Shown here one piece after another: positions 37,443 to 51,111 of a DNA stretch of 64,000 nt. The stretch's first letter is position 1; each line of letters starts with the position of its first letter. The stretch is from Antedon mediterranea (taxonomy: Eukaryota; Animalia; Echinodermata). The notes under the pieces were generated by a model. The model saw only the letters and a list, made by a program, of their open reading frames with translations, was not told where the DNA came from and made no database searches. The position numbers and the translations under genes are program-made. The stretch spans positions 30,166,912 to 30,230,911 of the forward strand of contig NC_092675.1 in NCBI RefSeq assembly GCF_964355755.1, read 5' to 3'.

Positions 37443-38569
37443 TGACTAGACGTTAGTGATTGTTAGGAGTAGCTTTGCTAGTTGTAGTGCAGCGCCTCCT
37501 ATTTGTAACCTTGGTCTGCGATTTTTTCAACTTTTCAGTTGAAATGAGTTGGTCATATAGAGTTACTGTTCTTCTAGCCGTCTTCAGAAGACACGTTTAT
37601 ACCATGCAATACACTTTTATTTTCATTTTTTATTTATATAACATTGAGAATGAGAGTGAACATATCTTTCTAATAAGCTTAAATATCTTGACAACAGAGT
37701 ATTTAAAGGCTTTCACTTCTTTCAACTTAACCATACTTTTCAAAATACAGCTGGAATTAAATTGCTGTATGTTAAAAAACTATAGTTTACAGTAGTGTCC
37801 AGTAAGACTTTGTTAGGGTAATGATTAATATAACACCAACGTTAGCAAGCATTATTTGCGATCTGCTTTCACCTCTGAATGGTTGAAATCTAAATCATAT
37901 CTGTCAAAGCCTATTTACCATGTATACCCACTCACCTCCTAATCTTAATTCTTAAGGTTAGATAAATCTGTAACCTCTGTCATCGGCCGCTTCCCTTACA
38001 TACACACTTTTCTAATTCGCCCGCAAATATGTAAAGTCATGATATATAACATTGCATTCTGGTGGTAATTTAAATAAATATGTATTGGTGTATTTTAATG
38101 TTGAGTGATTGTGTAACATGTAGTAATGACTTGAATGAATACTGTAGAATGTGAGATCCAGTGTTCTGTTGTATTGCATTATGACTGAAGTGAATTTCGT
38201 GTTGTATTTTAACATCAAGCTTATTGATAAATGTGGCAAAGGTTCTCGTCTTTTAGTTTTGACATAAAAATACAAACAAATATTACAGACAACCTTCTTG
38301 GCAGAGGTAACTAAGTAATGGCTTTTAAAAGACATGTGAGTTAATCAGGTGAAGAACCCGTGACTGCTTTAAAAGAAGTGTAATTTGTTGAGAGGTGAAA
38401 GGAGAAGGAATGAATGCATATGAGGGTGTCATCATTAAAGACTTCCACTAACTCAATTTTGCCTGGCTTTGACGTTTGATATATATTGTGTTTTTTTATG
38501 TAAATTTATAGGAATAGTCTATAAATAGGCTCACTCTACCAAACTACTGGTAACTACAGTTAAATTGTC

Positions 38570-38780
38570 AAAGGGGTATGTTTAGATGTTTGTTCACCCC
38601 TACCAACCAATTTAGTAAAAAGAGGGGTAATGTTTGGATGCTTAGTCACCCACACCAACCAATTAAGTCATCAAAGGGGTATGTTTGGATGCTTATTAAC
38701 CCATACCAACCAATGGAATCAGAAGAGGGGTATGTTTGGATGCTTAGTCACCCCCACTGAGTCATCAAAGGGGTATGTTT
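38570..38780 (+). repeat. ~52-bp degenerate tandem repeat x4
   Basis: aggggtatgtttggatgcttagtcaccc..accaaccaat repeated. Confidence 0.85.
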
Positions 38781-38864
38781 TGATAGGATTTGTTCATTGC
38801 TAGTGGGAAATGGAACACAATCTCATAAATAAATATGTAACAACTTATAACAATAATTACTCGA

Positions 38865-39230
38865 TTCGAGCGGCCAAGCTGTTAAGGCAGGGGCGCTGCA
38901 AACCATAGCTATATATAAAATCGGCACAGGTTTAAGACACTCCTCGACCATTGTTCTGGTGTTAGAACAAGTCTTCTCGGATAAGTACTTAAAACTGGAG
39001 GTCCAGTGTGCACACATCTGGCTCACATGCACTTTAAAGAACCCAGTATATCTTTAGGAAAAGTAGGGGTCACCCTGGTGTTCTGGTCCATTCAGCCCCT
39101 GTCGTTGTGGACAGACAATGTGCGCCGTTTGGAGGCATCATTCGACACAGAGGAACTCTTAGGGGAGAAGACAGTTGTTGTATGTGTCGTCCACACCTGT
39201 GGACAATTCAGCCCAGTAGGCTGCAAGTCA
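38865..39230 (+). mobile_element. Deu/Nin-domain-like SINE, copy B
   Basis: gtcttctcggataag..taaaactggaggtcc..taaagaacccagt..aaagtaggggtcaccctggtg resembles the conserved central domain of deuterostome SINEs (recalled, not searched). Confidence 0.6.
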
Positions 39231-40611
39231 CCCATTTACAGTTTACTATCTTCATTTTGTCTTTTTGACAATTTTTCAGTTGGTTTCTGGGTTATCATAA
39301 TACAGTCAACTCTCCTTACACCAAAGTCTCCAGACTTTTCTTGAGGTCTAAATAATTTGTTTTTAACATATCATTTAAGAATTATAATTAATAGATAATA
39401 ATCATTAAGATTATGATTGTAATGAAAGGCTTCAGTAAGATCAATTTAGATAAAATTATTTTAAGTAGTAAAATATAATCATTAAACAAAAATACAATTA
39501 ATAATTAGTGGTTTAATATTTAGTAATATTTTTTACAGCCACCATCATTCAAAGGCATACTGTTTATATTGTTTATAAAATAATAACAATTTAATGGCAA
39601 CAGTTAACCCTTAATATATTTAGTAGGAAGTGTGTACTACAGTATTACAAAATGAAGGACTGAAATAAGGAGCTAAATAGGTTAAGTTAGCCTGCTGAAG
39701 GAAATCTTTACTATATAAATGCCAAAACAGTCAAAGCAAGGGGACGGTTCATAACCCCTCGTGATTCCCATGTGTGAGAGGGGGAAATGTCAGATGTGAT
39801 GTTTGGGCCTGGTTTCCTGGCCATTTTCTCGTGCGGTTTCTGCGTCCGTCCCAAAGCACAAATTATATTTTACACGTGTTTAGTCAATATATATGCGGTA
39901 ACGCACTTGGTAAAATTGATTTGACGTTCATAAACTCTAGACTGTTTTTTTTTTCTAGATTATTTCTTGAAAACCAAAATATAAAGTAAATCATAAGATT
40001 CAAATTATATTGAGAAAATATAATTTATTACTCAATTTTATTTATTATTTGGTCTTTAATATGTTTATAAATTATAAAATAAAACTAATTCCAATTGGGA
40101 TATTTAATTCTATTGTGTTATGTAATGTTTTAAAATCTGTATTTCCAAAATAGAAATTTGTTATTTAATAATAATATATGAAAAAGTAAAACTCAAAAAA
40201 AAAAACATCCAAGCAAAATTATTAAATTTGAGTACATGTGAAAACATACATTAAAAATAAGAAGTAAAAATCTTATAAAATATTGGCGTGTTTACTGATT
40301 GTGTATTTGTACGTACGCATGGTAGTTACATTAAACATTGAAACATGTCTAATAAACTGACAACTCTCTTGTGAGTTTGGCACTGTTTGTTAGACATCTC
40401 ACAAACTTTAGTCGTTATCTTTTCGTTGCAGCTTGCCATGACGCCAAATTTAGATCCACTCTACACTGAGTTTTAATTAAGCGTTCACAAACGAAAAAGC
40501 AAAAACAATAATATTTTGGGAATTTCAAGTATTTTCAAGAATTTTTTTTTTATTTAATTTATGTGGCTATACTTTTAATTTGTTTCCCCTCTGTATATTA
40601 TGGTGAGTTCA

Positions 40612-40920
40612 GTCAAAATGTCCGCTAAGTCTCTGTCATAATGTCCGCTAAGCCTCTGTCAAAATGTCCGCTAAGCCTCAGTCAAAATGTCTGCTAAGCC
40701 TCTGTCAAAATGTCCGCTAAGCCTCTGTCAAAATGTCCGCTAAGCCTCTGTTAAAATGTCCGCTAAGCCTCTGTCAAAATGTCCGCTAAGCCTCAGTCAA
40801 AATGTCTAGTAAGCCTCTGTCAAAATGTCCACTAAACCTCCTCTGTAAAAATGTCCGATTAGCCTCTGTCAAAATGTACGCTTAGCCTCTGTCAAAATGT
40901 CCTCTAAGCCTCTGTCAAAA
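40612..40920 (+). repeat. 23-bp minisatellite (~13 units)
   Basis: gtcaaaatgtccgctaagcctct. Confidence 0.95.
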
Positions 40921-41814
40921 TTTTATCGGATTAAATACGATTTAGGATTAGAAATCGAACAGAATTCTGTTTTTAAAAGTCGTAAATTGTGTTTTTATGT
41001 ATTAATTTTAGCCCGAATGAATGTGTTTAATTTATTAGTTTCTATGATCATATCATCATCAGTAAAGTTGATAATAATCTGTTAAAGTGTTATACCAAAA
41101 GGCCCACATAGTTTAATGTACAATTAACTATTTTCTTTCTTTTTTGATTTTAATATTTCTTTCCTTTATTAAACTTTAACATCAACTACATATCATATTT
41201 TTATTATTATTAACTATATATTGAATCATAAAAATATTTCCTTTGTATTCTATGTTAAACTTTATATTAGTTGATTGTGTTTTGGTAATTCATCTGGGAT
41301 TCTAAATCTAATATAGAAGTGTCACTACACAATGTTTAATAAGCTATAAAAACATAGCCATATGCATTAAACATGTGGTATGAATTATTTTTGGAACATC
41401 TTGATATTGGAAAAGGGTGTAGAATTTCAACCCGGGTAACTTAAACACTTTAAATTCATTAGTAATATCCCAAGTGAAAGGTAAATATCTGTAAACTTCT
41501 TTTATGGCTTGATTCCCAAAGAGGGGCAAACTTGTGCCTGTTCAGTAAGTACCCCAATTATAAGTAATTTCCTATTTGTAGATTGGATATATACACCACA
41601 GCTGGGGTATGTTCATCAACGCTTTGCACCCCTGAGGGTGTTACCTGTACCCCTCAGCTGTTCATATCATTTTGGTGTACTTGCGTAGTTCCTAATACTC
41701 TACTTACAGTATCTTTCATCATTTGGAGATAGAAATTCTTGACTTGTGCTTATGTTTGGATATTTTACGAAGGTCATGATAATTAATTATGATAGTGTAC
41801 AGACTATACTACGT

Positions 41815-42440
41815 TGAGCTGTGCCTTTCATAAGCCATACGTTTACCCTTCTAAGTATACAGACTTAATATGAATGGTAACCATTGAGCTGTGCCTATCA
41901 TAAGCCATATGTTTACCCTTCTAAGTGTACAGACTTAATATGAATGTTAACCATTGAGCTGTGCCTATCATTAGCCATACGTTTACCCTTCTAAGTGTAC
42001 AGACTTAATATGAATGTTAACCATTGAGCTGGGCCTATCATAAGCCATACGTTTACACTTCTAAGTATGCAGACTTAATATGAATGTTAACCATTGAGCT
42101 GTGCCTATCATAAGCCATATGTTTACCCTTCAAAGTGTACAGACTTAATATGAATGTTAACCATTGAGCTGTGCCTATCATAAGCCATACGTTTACCCTT
42201 CTAAGTATACAGACTTAATATGAATGTTAACCATTGAGGTGTGCCTATCATAAGCCATATGTTTACCCTTCTAAAGTGTACAGACTTAATATGAATGTTA
42301 ACTATTGAGCTGGGCCTATCATAAGCCATACGTTTACCCTTCTAAGTATAAAGACTTAACATGAATCTTAACCATTGAGCTGTGCCTATCATAAGCCATA
42401 CGTTTACCCTTCTAAGTGTATAGACTTAATATGAATGTTA
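41815..42440 (+). repeat. 70-bp minisatellite (~9 units) abutting the CWC27 exon 10 acceptor
   Basis: ttgagctgtgcctatcataagccatacgtttacccttctaagtatacagacttaatatgaatgttaacca. Confidence 0.95.
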
Positions 42441-42478
42441 CCTTACTTTTTTTACCTTACTTTTAATGTTTTGTTCAG

Positions 42479-42701
42479 GATGAGCCACAAGTTTGAGTGT
42501 GAAAGTCAAGACATCAAAGTAAAAGATGCTAATGTCCAAGACGCAGACACATTTGATATCTTTGATCCAAGAAACCCAATGAATAAACGCAAAAGAGAAA
42601 AAACAACTAAACCAAAACGGTCAGTACTCTATTTTTATTTTTATTTCAAGGAAATAAATCATGTAAAAATACACAACAAAAATAATTTGTTTTTTTATTG
42701 A
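42479..42701 (+). CDS. CWC27: CWC27 exon 10 (3' end uncertain: read-through stop at 42701, or CG|gtcagt donor at 42619 to an unidentified last exon)
   Basis: (W)MSHKFECE...KDANVQDADTFDIFDPRNPMNKRKRE, the conserved CWC27 C-terminal motif. Confidence 0.88.
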
Positions 42702-44097
42702 TTATGGAATAAAAATGTCGATGATTGATTGATTGAACATCAAAGAAAACATACTGGAAAAATTATTTTCATTGCTTAAAATTCTGAAAACCCACATATA
42801 GTTATTAGATGAGGGTGGTTAAAAATTAAAAAGGAAGAGTAATATATTTTACAGTGAAAATGTGTATTTACTATGAATGATCCAGATCCCCTACGACCAG
42901 GAAGGAAACCATTCCTTAGTTGCATCCACTAGTATATTTGTCAATAAATAAATCTTAAGAAACAGCTTTACCAAAGCTAAGCTATCCTTAAGAAATGGTA
43001 ATATTTGAAACATCCTAAATTAGAGTATTTACCGCTGTCTCAGCATGATGTTAGAGATTTGAATAGGAACAGGTTAATTCACAAAAAGCTTTCTAAGTGC
43101 TTCAACACTACAGTACTTGTCTAAGTTCCATTAATAGTTCATCATGTCAAAGAGTTAAGTAAAGGCTTTCACACTTCCTTTTACAAATTGATGAAAGAAG
43201 AGAAAAGTTCATTACAATCAATTTTTAACCAACATTCAAATTAGTGGTATACTTTGTTTTCTAAGCACATGCTTACTTCTCATTTTGATGGTGCCAATCT
43301 GATGTCCTCAACATTTTTTATAAGACAATATTTTAAATTTAGTTTTTTTTTGTCGCTATATTCATTTTTTTTTTGTAATTTAAGTACCATTTTTTGTGCA
43401 TAAAAAAGATTATAACCAACACATAAGGAGTTAGAACACTGTAATAAAATGTGTTTGTAATTCTAGACAGGACTTAACACGTCATGTAAGCTATGCAACT
43501 TATAATGTTTATTTAATTTATTTACCTTAATGAAAATATTAGTAAAATGTTATTTTAATTTGAGTAGGTGTTGAAATCGGAAATGAAATTCCAAAGCTGT
43601 AAGCAATTCAACCAACAATTCCCCATTAGAGTTCACGCTTTCATTGTTTAAATACAATTAAATCAAATTTAATTTTAAAACAATTTAATTTGGAAGTATT
43701 TTAAATTTAAACATTTAGGGAGCCCTCAATGTTTAGGTTTGATGAACTTGAGAAGGTGAAAGCATCTGCGAATGTTGTGACGTGTTCAGTGTAATCTTTC
43801 TGAACCATAATTGCTGGTTTCCCGTTGATATGGCGCTGACATTGTCGCGACCTATAATCAGGCAATTTAGCCCTCTCTTGTTTCTGCCCTTGGTGACTTA
43901 ACAGTAAACTGGTGACTTTAAGTAATACACATTTCTGCTTCTTTGCCAACATTACCTGGAATATGATGCACTAATTATAATCAACCTGCTAATCTTGTTA
44001 GTAAATGTAATTGTAATTATGACCTACTTGTTGCTACATTTGCTTTAAACATGGAGTAAAGAATAATTCTTTACTCCATGTTTTTACAGATTTAGGT

Positions 44098-45140
44098 TTA
44101 GTAGTAGTAGCAGCAATAGTAGTTGATATTGTTTACCTCCTTAGTTAAGTAGTAGTAGTAGTAGCAGCAATAGTAGTTGATATTGTTTACCTCCTTTAGT
44201 TAAGTAGTAGTAGTAGTAGCAGCAATAGTAGTTGATATTGTTTACCTCCTTTAGTTAAGTAGTAGTAGTAGTAGCAGCAATAGTAGTTGATATTGTTTAC
44301 CTCCTTTAGTTAAGTAGTAGTAGTAGTAGCAGCAATAGTAGTTGATATTGTTTACCTCCTTTAGTTAAGTAGTAGTGGTAGTAGCAGCAATAGTAGTTGA
44401 TATTGTTTACCTCCTTTAGTTAAGTAGTAGTAGTAGTAGCAGCAATAGTAGTTGATATTGTTTACCTCCTTAGTTAAGTAGTAGTAGTAGTAGCAGCAAT
44501 AGTAGTTGATATTGTTTACCTCCTTTAGTTAAGTAGTAGTAGTAGTAGCAGCAATAGTAGTTGATATTGTTTACCTCCTTTAGTTAAGTAGTAGTGGTAG
44601 TAGCAGCAATAGTAGTTGATATTGTTTACCTCCTTTAGTTAAGTAGTAGTAGTAGTAGCAGCAATAGTAGTTGATATTGTTTACCTCCTTAGTTAAGTAG
44701 TAGTAGTAGTAGCAGCAATAGTAGTTGATATTGTTTACCTCCTTTAGTTAAGTAGTAGTAGTAGTAGCAGCAATAGTAGTTGATATTGTTTACCTCCTTT
44801 AGTTAAGTAGTAGTAGTAGTAGCAGCAATAGTAGTTGATATTGTTTACCTCCTTTAGTTAAGTAGTAGTAGTAGTAGCAGCAATAGTAGTTGATATTGTT
44901 TACCTCCTTTAGTTAAGTAGTAGTAGTAGTAGCAGCAATAGTAGTTGATATTGTTTACCTCCTTAGTTAAGTAGTAGTAGTAGTAGCAGCAATAGTAGTT
45001 GATATTGTTTACCTCCTTTAGTTAAGTAGTAGTAGTAGTAGCAGCAATAGTAGTTGATATTGTTTACCTCCTTTAGTTAAGTAGTAGTAGTAGTAGCAGC
45101 AATAGTAGTTGATATTGTTTACCTCCTTAGTTAAGTAGTA
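44098..45140 (+). repeat. 54/55-bp minisatellite (~19 units) with (TAG)n core
   Basis: tagttaagtagtagtagtagtagcagcaatagtagttgatattgtttacctcctt. Confidence 0.97.
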
Positions 45141-47436
45141 GCATTAGACAGATAGTGGACACAACATAATTATGTAGTTGAATAGTTTTTTTTATTAATT
45201 TTGTCTTCAAAATTTGTAAGCAAACTTAGTAAAGGACTTGGACATTCATTTGAGGTAGATGTAACGCAAGTAAGTTGACCAATCAAATGTGACTGTTTGG
45301 ATGATCCATCATGTCACGCTTGGTCAAATTACTTGCGCTGCGTTTACATCCTTGCGTTTACGTCCTTGCGTTGCGTCAAAGTCAAGTACCAAGGTTTACT
45401 GAACTAACATTACGGTGGACGTCCAAACATCTTTAAATTGATATTTAAAGTGTCAATTGTTTTATAACCTTTCAGGTGCTAAAATGTAACAAATATATTT
45501 CTGTGGATGGAAGAAGAACATTTAATTTAGTGCTTATAAATTGAATTTACTACTGTAAAACCATAAATTAAAACTTTATTTTGAGAGTTTTACATCTTAA
45601 TTTATTCACTGTGAACTTTAGGTAATGCTAACAGAATGAGCATTGAATATACATAATTTAATTTATGCATCAATCAAGTATTTCTAGAGAGTTGTATACA
45701 CGACTGTAATTCTAACTTTTTCTTTCACTATTTAGTTTCAAATCACATTTAATAAACTCTAAAGTCAGCTGACTTGCTTACATGTCTGCTCATGATTTTC
45801 CACCCACCTTCATCTACATGCTTTGAATCCATGTGACCTCCTCGACAGAAAAGATCTGTTATCTTAGATTTTTCAATAAATTTCACAATATGCTTTTAGT
45901 TAAATCCATGCATTTTGATATTCTATGAATAATTAATCAAAAGTGAATGATTTATTTTCAGATGAACTGAATGTGGAAGTGAGTGGTACAAGATGAATGT
46001 GATATAGAGTACAGGTATTATTAACATAGTGTTTTAAATGATAGATACAGATAAATATCAGCCTTCTGTGGGATATGACATATAGTAGCTGAAATAAACA
46101 AGGGCCAGACAAACTGGATTCAAAAAATAGGAAACACTTTCCAGGCCTTGTCTTTTGAAAATGATAGGTGTGCTACAAATTGCACTCCTGAATACATTCA
46201 GGTATGCTGTAGGTGTGCTGTTTGTATTTTGGTGTGTAGAAGTTTGCCAAATTTAAGCGTGTTGTAAATCGCACTCCTTGTTGAGTGATCGCACTCGCTC
46301 GCCTTAAAAGACAAGGCTTGACTTACCCTTAAACACTTGCCCTTAAAATTTAAAATATCTCATATCTAAATGAATACAATTTAAGAGAATTCCTTAAAAT
46401 ATTTATTCAATTAAGTGAAATACTTAAGAAATATCTCACTTAAATGTGATTGGTGAATATGGCCACAGGGCATTATGTCCAAAAATATTGGACAGTACAT
46501 TTCACAACAATAGAATTAGCTCCTTGCATTTGTTGTTGTTAAAACCAGTTGTTCCATAAAACCAGGGTCAGTGCCCAAAAACTGGAGCCCTGCTGTTGAA
46601 ATAATGACATTATGTCAAAATTTTCGCAACCCGAATGCTACTAATGTTTGTTGCATACTACGGAAATGTTGCAGTAACAGCCATTTTATGTGAACCACAA
46701 TGTGTGAACATTTTTGCGAGTAATACGTCATTCGATGCACTTCGTGATCATCAATACAGAACTGCACACACGCTTTTTTTTCTCGAAAAAATGTTTAGCA
46801 GGAGTTTTGTTTGTAACAATTCTCAAAGAAATATAATTTTTCACATGTAAGTGTTCTTGGCATGATATCTAAGGACGTAAGCATTTGTTATTGATGGGCT
46901 TGGGAGAAAAGTTTAATGCATCAACTATAAGTTGATCATTGTAGTTTTATACAGGCTGTTAAAAGCAGTCAAAGTGATCATGAACTGAAACTTTACTGAA
47001 ATAGTTGATAAGAAATACCTGGTAACCAAGTTGCAATTTGTCAGTTTACTTTTAGTTTAGTAGCTGCAAACACCAGGTTGCATTTTGAACCTAAAGTATC
47101 ATACTTTGAACATGGATGAAATAAAGTAGTGTGATGAATAATGTGACCAGTTGGCAGAAGATGTAAAAATGTATTTATATATTTTAGATATTCTGTATTA
47201 ATATCTAAACCTAATATTTGAATCAAATATTGTAATAAAATCAATTATGAATATTTAAAACATCTTGATCAAATAAAAACTATTAATAGAAACTTGTCTA
47301 TTTATTCATCTTTGTCTTTCAACAAGCAAATTAAAGAGCATGTTATACGCATATTTAATCTTTTTATCCCTTGCCAATCCATAAGCATTGCAACTCGTAT
47401 AGACATCGCAGCCCATTACCATTGCAGCCCAACCAG

Positions 47437-48530
47437 TAGATATTGTAGCCAATAGATATTGCAACCCATAGATATTGTAGCCCATAGATATTGTAGCCCA
47501 TAGATATTGTAGCCCATAGATATTGTAGCCAATAGATATTGCAACCCATAGATATTGTAGCCCATAGATATTGTAGCCCATAGATATTGTAGCCCATAGA
47601 TATTGTAGCCAATAGATATTGCAACCCATAGATATTGTAGCCCATAGATATTGTAGCCCATAGATATTGCAACCCATAGATATTGTAGCCAATAGATATT
47701 GCAACCCATAGATATTGTAGCCCATAGATATTGCAACCCATAGATATTGCAACCCATAGATATTGTAGCCCATAGATATTGCAACCCATAGATATTGTAG
47801 CCCATAGATATTGTAGCCCATAGATATTGTAGCCCATAGATATTGCAACCCATAGATATTGTAGCCCATAGATATTGTAGCCCATAGATATTGCAACCCA
47901 TAGATATTGTAGCCCATAGATATTGTAGCCCATAGATATTGCAACCCATAGATATTGCAACCCATAGATATTGTAGCCCATAGATATTGTAGCCCATAGA
48001 TATTGCAACCCATAGATATTGTAGCCCATAGATATTGCAACCCATAGATATTGTAGCCCATAGATATTGCAACCCATAGATATTGTAGCCAATAGATATT
48101 GTAGCCCATTGATATTGTAGCCCATAGATATTGTAGCCCATAGATATTGTAGCCCATTGATATTGTAGCCAATAGATATTGTAGCCCATAGATATTGTAG
48201 CCCATAGATATTGTAGCCCATAGATATTGTAGCCCATAGATATTGTAGCCCATAGATATTGTAGCCCATAGATATTGTAGCCCATAGATATTGTAGCCCA
48301 TAGATATTGTAGCCCATAGATATTGCAGCCCACAGACATTGCAGCCCACAGACATTATAGCCCATATGCATTGCAGCCCATAACTATTGCAGCCCATATA
48401 TATTGTAGCCCATAGATATTGCAGCCCACAGACGTTATAGCCCATATGCATTGCAGCCCATATGCATTGCAGTCCATATATATTGCAGCCAATATATTTA
48501 TATTGCAACACATTGATATTGCAGCCCTAA
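47437..48530 (+). repeat. 16-bp minisatellite (~55 homogeneous units plus a degenerate flank)
   Basis: cccatagatattgtag / cccatagatattgcaa / ccaatagatattg variants; explains the three overlapping minus-strand ORFs. Confidence 0.97.
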
Positions 48531-49257
48531 ATAAAACTAATATATTTGTCTTCATCAATTTTAGCTTTTGTAGATTATATTATTAAAAACAGGGTATCAC
48601 TTTTTTCATTATTTCCTTTGTTGCCTTAAAAGGAAACAAACCTCAAAGAAAGTAAGTGATTATATAAAATTGACCACCAATAATGACACAGCAAACAGTG
48701 TATGTATATTAGTGGTTGTAAACACTTGATTTGACTAAGTGTACAAGCTATCATTGCTACTTATACGCGTCGTAATCGGAAATGAAATATTTTACTTAAC
48801 ACTTTTATTGCGCCAACTGGATAATGCTCTGAGCTAAAAATCTCGGAAAAAACAGGATGGGAGTTTCTGACTACAGGTCTCCAAGGAAAAGTGCTCACAT
48901 TGGCACCTGCTAGCGAATATATGAAAAAGAGTGTCTCTCACAACAGGAAACCAGTTATGTGATATGGGGAAGGGGGCCTTAGGAGAACAAGACCCACGGG
49001 AGACTGGGCCCCAGGTTTGGGTCGCACATAATGGCAACTGTTTGCCTTGACCAATCAGTTAAATTATTTTAATGATTGTAAATACAGAAACATGTTATCA
49101 TTACTTTACAATAATTTCCAATATAATTTAATGGCGTACTCCTTCATGTTATGACTTGTTCATTCGATTATTCAATATGTGCTTTAATGCCAGCACAGAC
49201 ATTTTTTTAACCACGGAAGGTCTGTGGTAATACCAAGCAAGAACAGCAATATTATTA

Positions 49258-49660
49258 TGATAAAATTACTGTGATAAAATTACTGTGATAAAATTGCTGT
49301 GATAAAATTGCTGTGATAAAATTTCTGTGATAAAATTGCTGTGATAAAATTGCTGTGATAAAATTACTGTGATAAAATTACTGTGATAAAATTACTGTGA
49401 TAAAATTGCTGTGATAAAATTGCTGTGATAAAATTGCTGTGATAAAATTGCTGTGATAAAATTGCTGTGATAAAATTGCTGTGATAAAATTACTCTGTGA
49501 TAAAATTACTGTGATAAAATTACTGTGATAAAATTACTGTGATAAAATTACTGTGATAAAATCACTGTGATAAAATCAAATTACTGTGATAAAATTACTG
49601 TGATAAAATTATTTTGATAAAATTACTGTGATCAAATTACTGTGATCAAATTACTGTGAA
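49258..49660 (+). repeat. 14-bp minisatellite (~28 units) carrying TGATAA
   Basis: gtgataaaatt(a/g)ct. Confidence 0.97.
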
Positions 49661-50475
49661 AAATTGTAGATACTATACTACCAAAAAAAAAAAATAGTAT
49701 TTTATGAAAACTGAAAAGTATTTGTTTTTATTTGTGTATGTATAATACACAAAAAAGTACAGCATTTATAAGCAAGTATTAAATAGTATAGGGTTAATTA
49801 TTAATACAGTATATATGAATTTAATATTTTTCAGATCCTAACATCTAGGCAAAAAAAAAAAAAACCTTTTTTGGCAAACATGCTACTGTGCATATTTTAT
49901 ATTTGCCAATTAGATGTCTAAAATTGTTATAAAAAGTCGCCATTATTTTTAAAGTTTATTTTATGAAAGTATATTTTTATTTGATATAAATAACCTTGCA
50001 TTTGTTGTTATTCATCAATTTAATTCTTTCTTTGATTGATGGTTTCATAATTGAAATTATTTTGCACGATTACTTGATTTTATAATCTAAAAATAATTAT
50101 TTAAATATTTGTTTGAAAAAAAGAAGTTTTGTGACCTAGATATTAAAATGTATGTCAGGCCTGAAGGAAGATACTGTATTTTCCCATAAATAATAATTAA
50201 ATTAGAAACAATTAAATCAGCTGAGAGATATGGCGATTAAATTTGGTGTGTTTGCAATTAAAAGATTATGATTTTAATATTTGAAGAATTGTAAGAGATC
50301 TAATCAGATTATATTGCTTCTGGACTTCAGTAGTTTTTAATAAAAACAACCTAATGTGTGCGGTAGTACTATTATTAAAAACACCAAACATCAAGGCAAC
50401 ACTGTCAGGAATTCCCCGTAATAGTGATGTGATAGGATTTTTCAAAACATATTTGACTAGTTTGTTTGCAGAGTA

Positions 50476-50549
50476 TAAAGCTCTGTTTACACTATCAAAC
50501 TTTATGTGACAACAAAATGTGACACTTTGATAGTGTAGACAGTGCTTTA
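50476..50549. mobile_element. Harbinger-type MITE, short derivative; longer copies at ~54487-54651, ~61994-62133 and partial ~62235-62333
   Basis: taa|agctctgt(c/t)tacactat ... atagtgtagacagagct|tta termini with TWA-like flanks. Confidence 0.7.
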
Positions 50550-51111
50550 GAACTTGTCACTTGAATGTATGTGTCTAACTTACAATGCAAAAGATAGGCA
50601 TTATAAAAGGCAATCATCAGTGCCTTAGTGATTAGGACTTTGAAATAGGGGAACGAAGATATAGAAATTGTAAAGTGAACTAAAATAAGACATCATATTA
50701 TGCACTAGCATTTATTTATTTATTCTTTTACTGATGACTTACATAGTAATTTTTGTTTTCATTAGACACTCATATAAGATTAAGAGTTAACAATCATTGT
50801 ATTTGCAATATATTTGATTAGTTAACTAAATAAAAAATAAATATTACTCTTCGGTTTGTTCTTTAGTCTTTTTCTTTCTATGAAATAAATTAAATTAAGT
50901 TAAGGACACAAAAATTGTCCTGGCCCAACTATTACTAGTCTTCCTGCCCCAGTAACTAATCTTTCCAAGGCCTATTACTGACATACTACTACTATATATT
51001 TACAACCTTTTTAAATTTGTGTCTCTGTAGAGTACTGTTTGTTTTTGATGCAGACTTACATTTTTTTATTGATTTATAATAGCATAGTTTAAAGCAAATT
51101 CAAATTTACTA

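Noticed and set aside
45476-45965. Terminal CWC27 micro-exon candidates (cag|gtgctaa at 45476; cag|atga at 45962)
   Set aside because: Both would close the frame after a 42619 donor, but cannot be distinguished from each other or from read-through without transcript data.
47306-48558. 300-400 aa repeat-protein ORFs
   Set aside because: Produced in all three frames by a stop-free 16-bp unit; variants show no codon-position bias.
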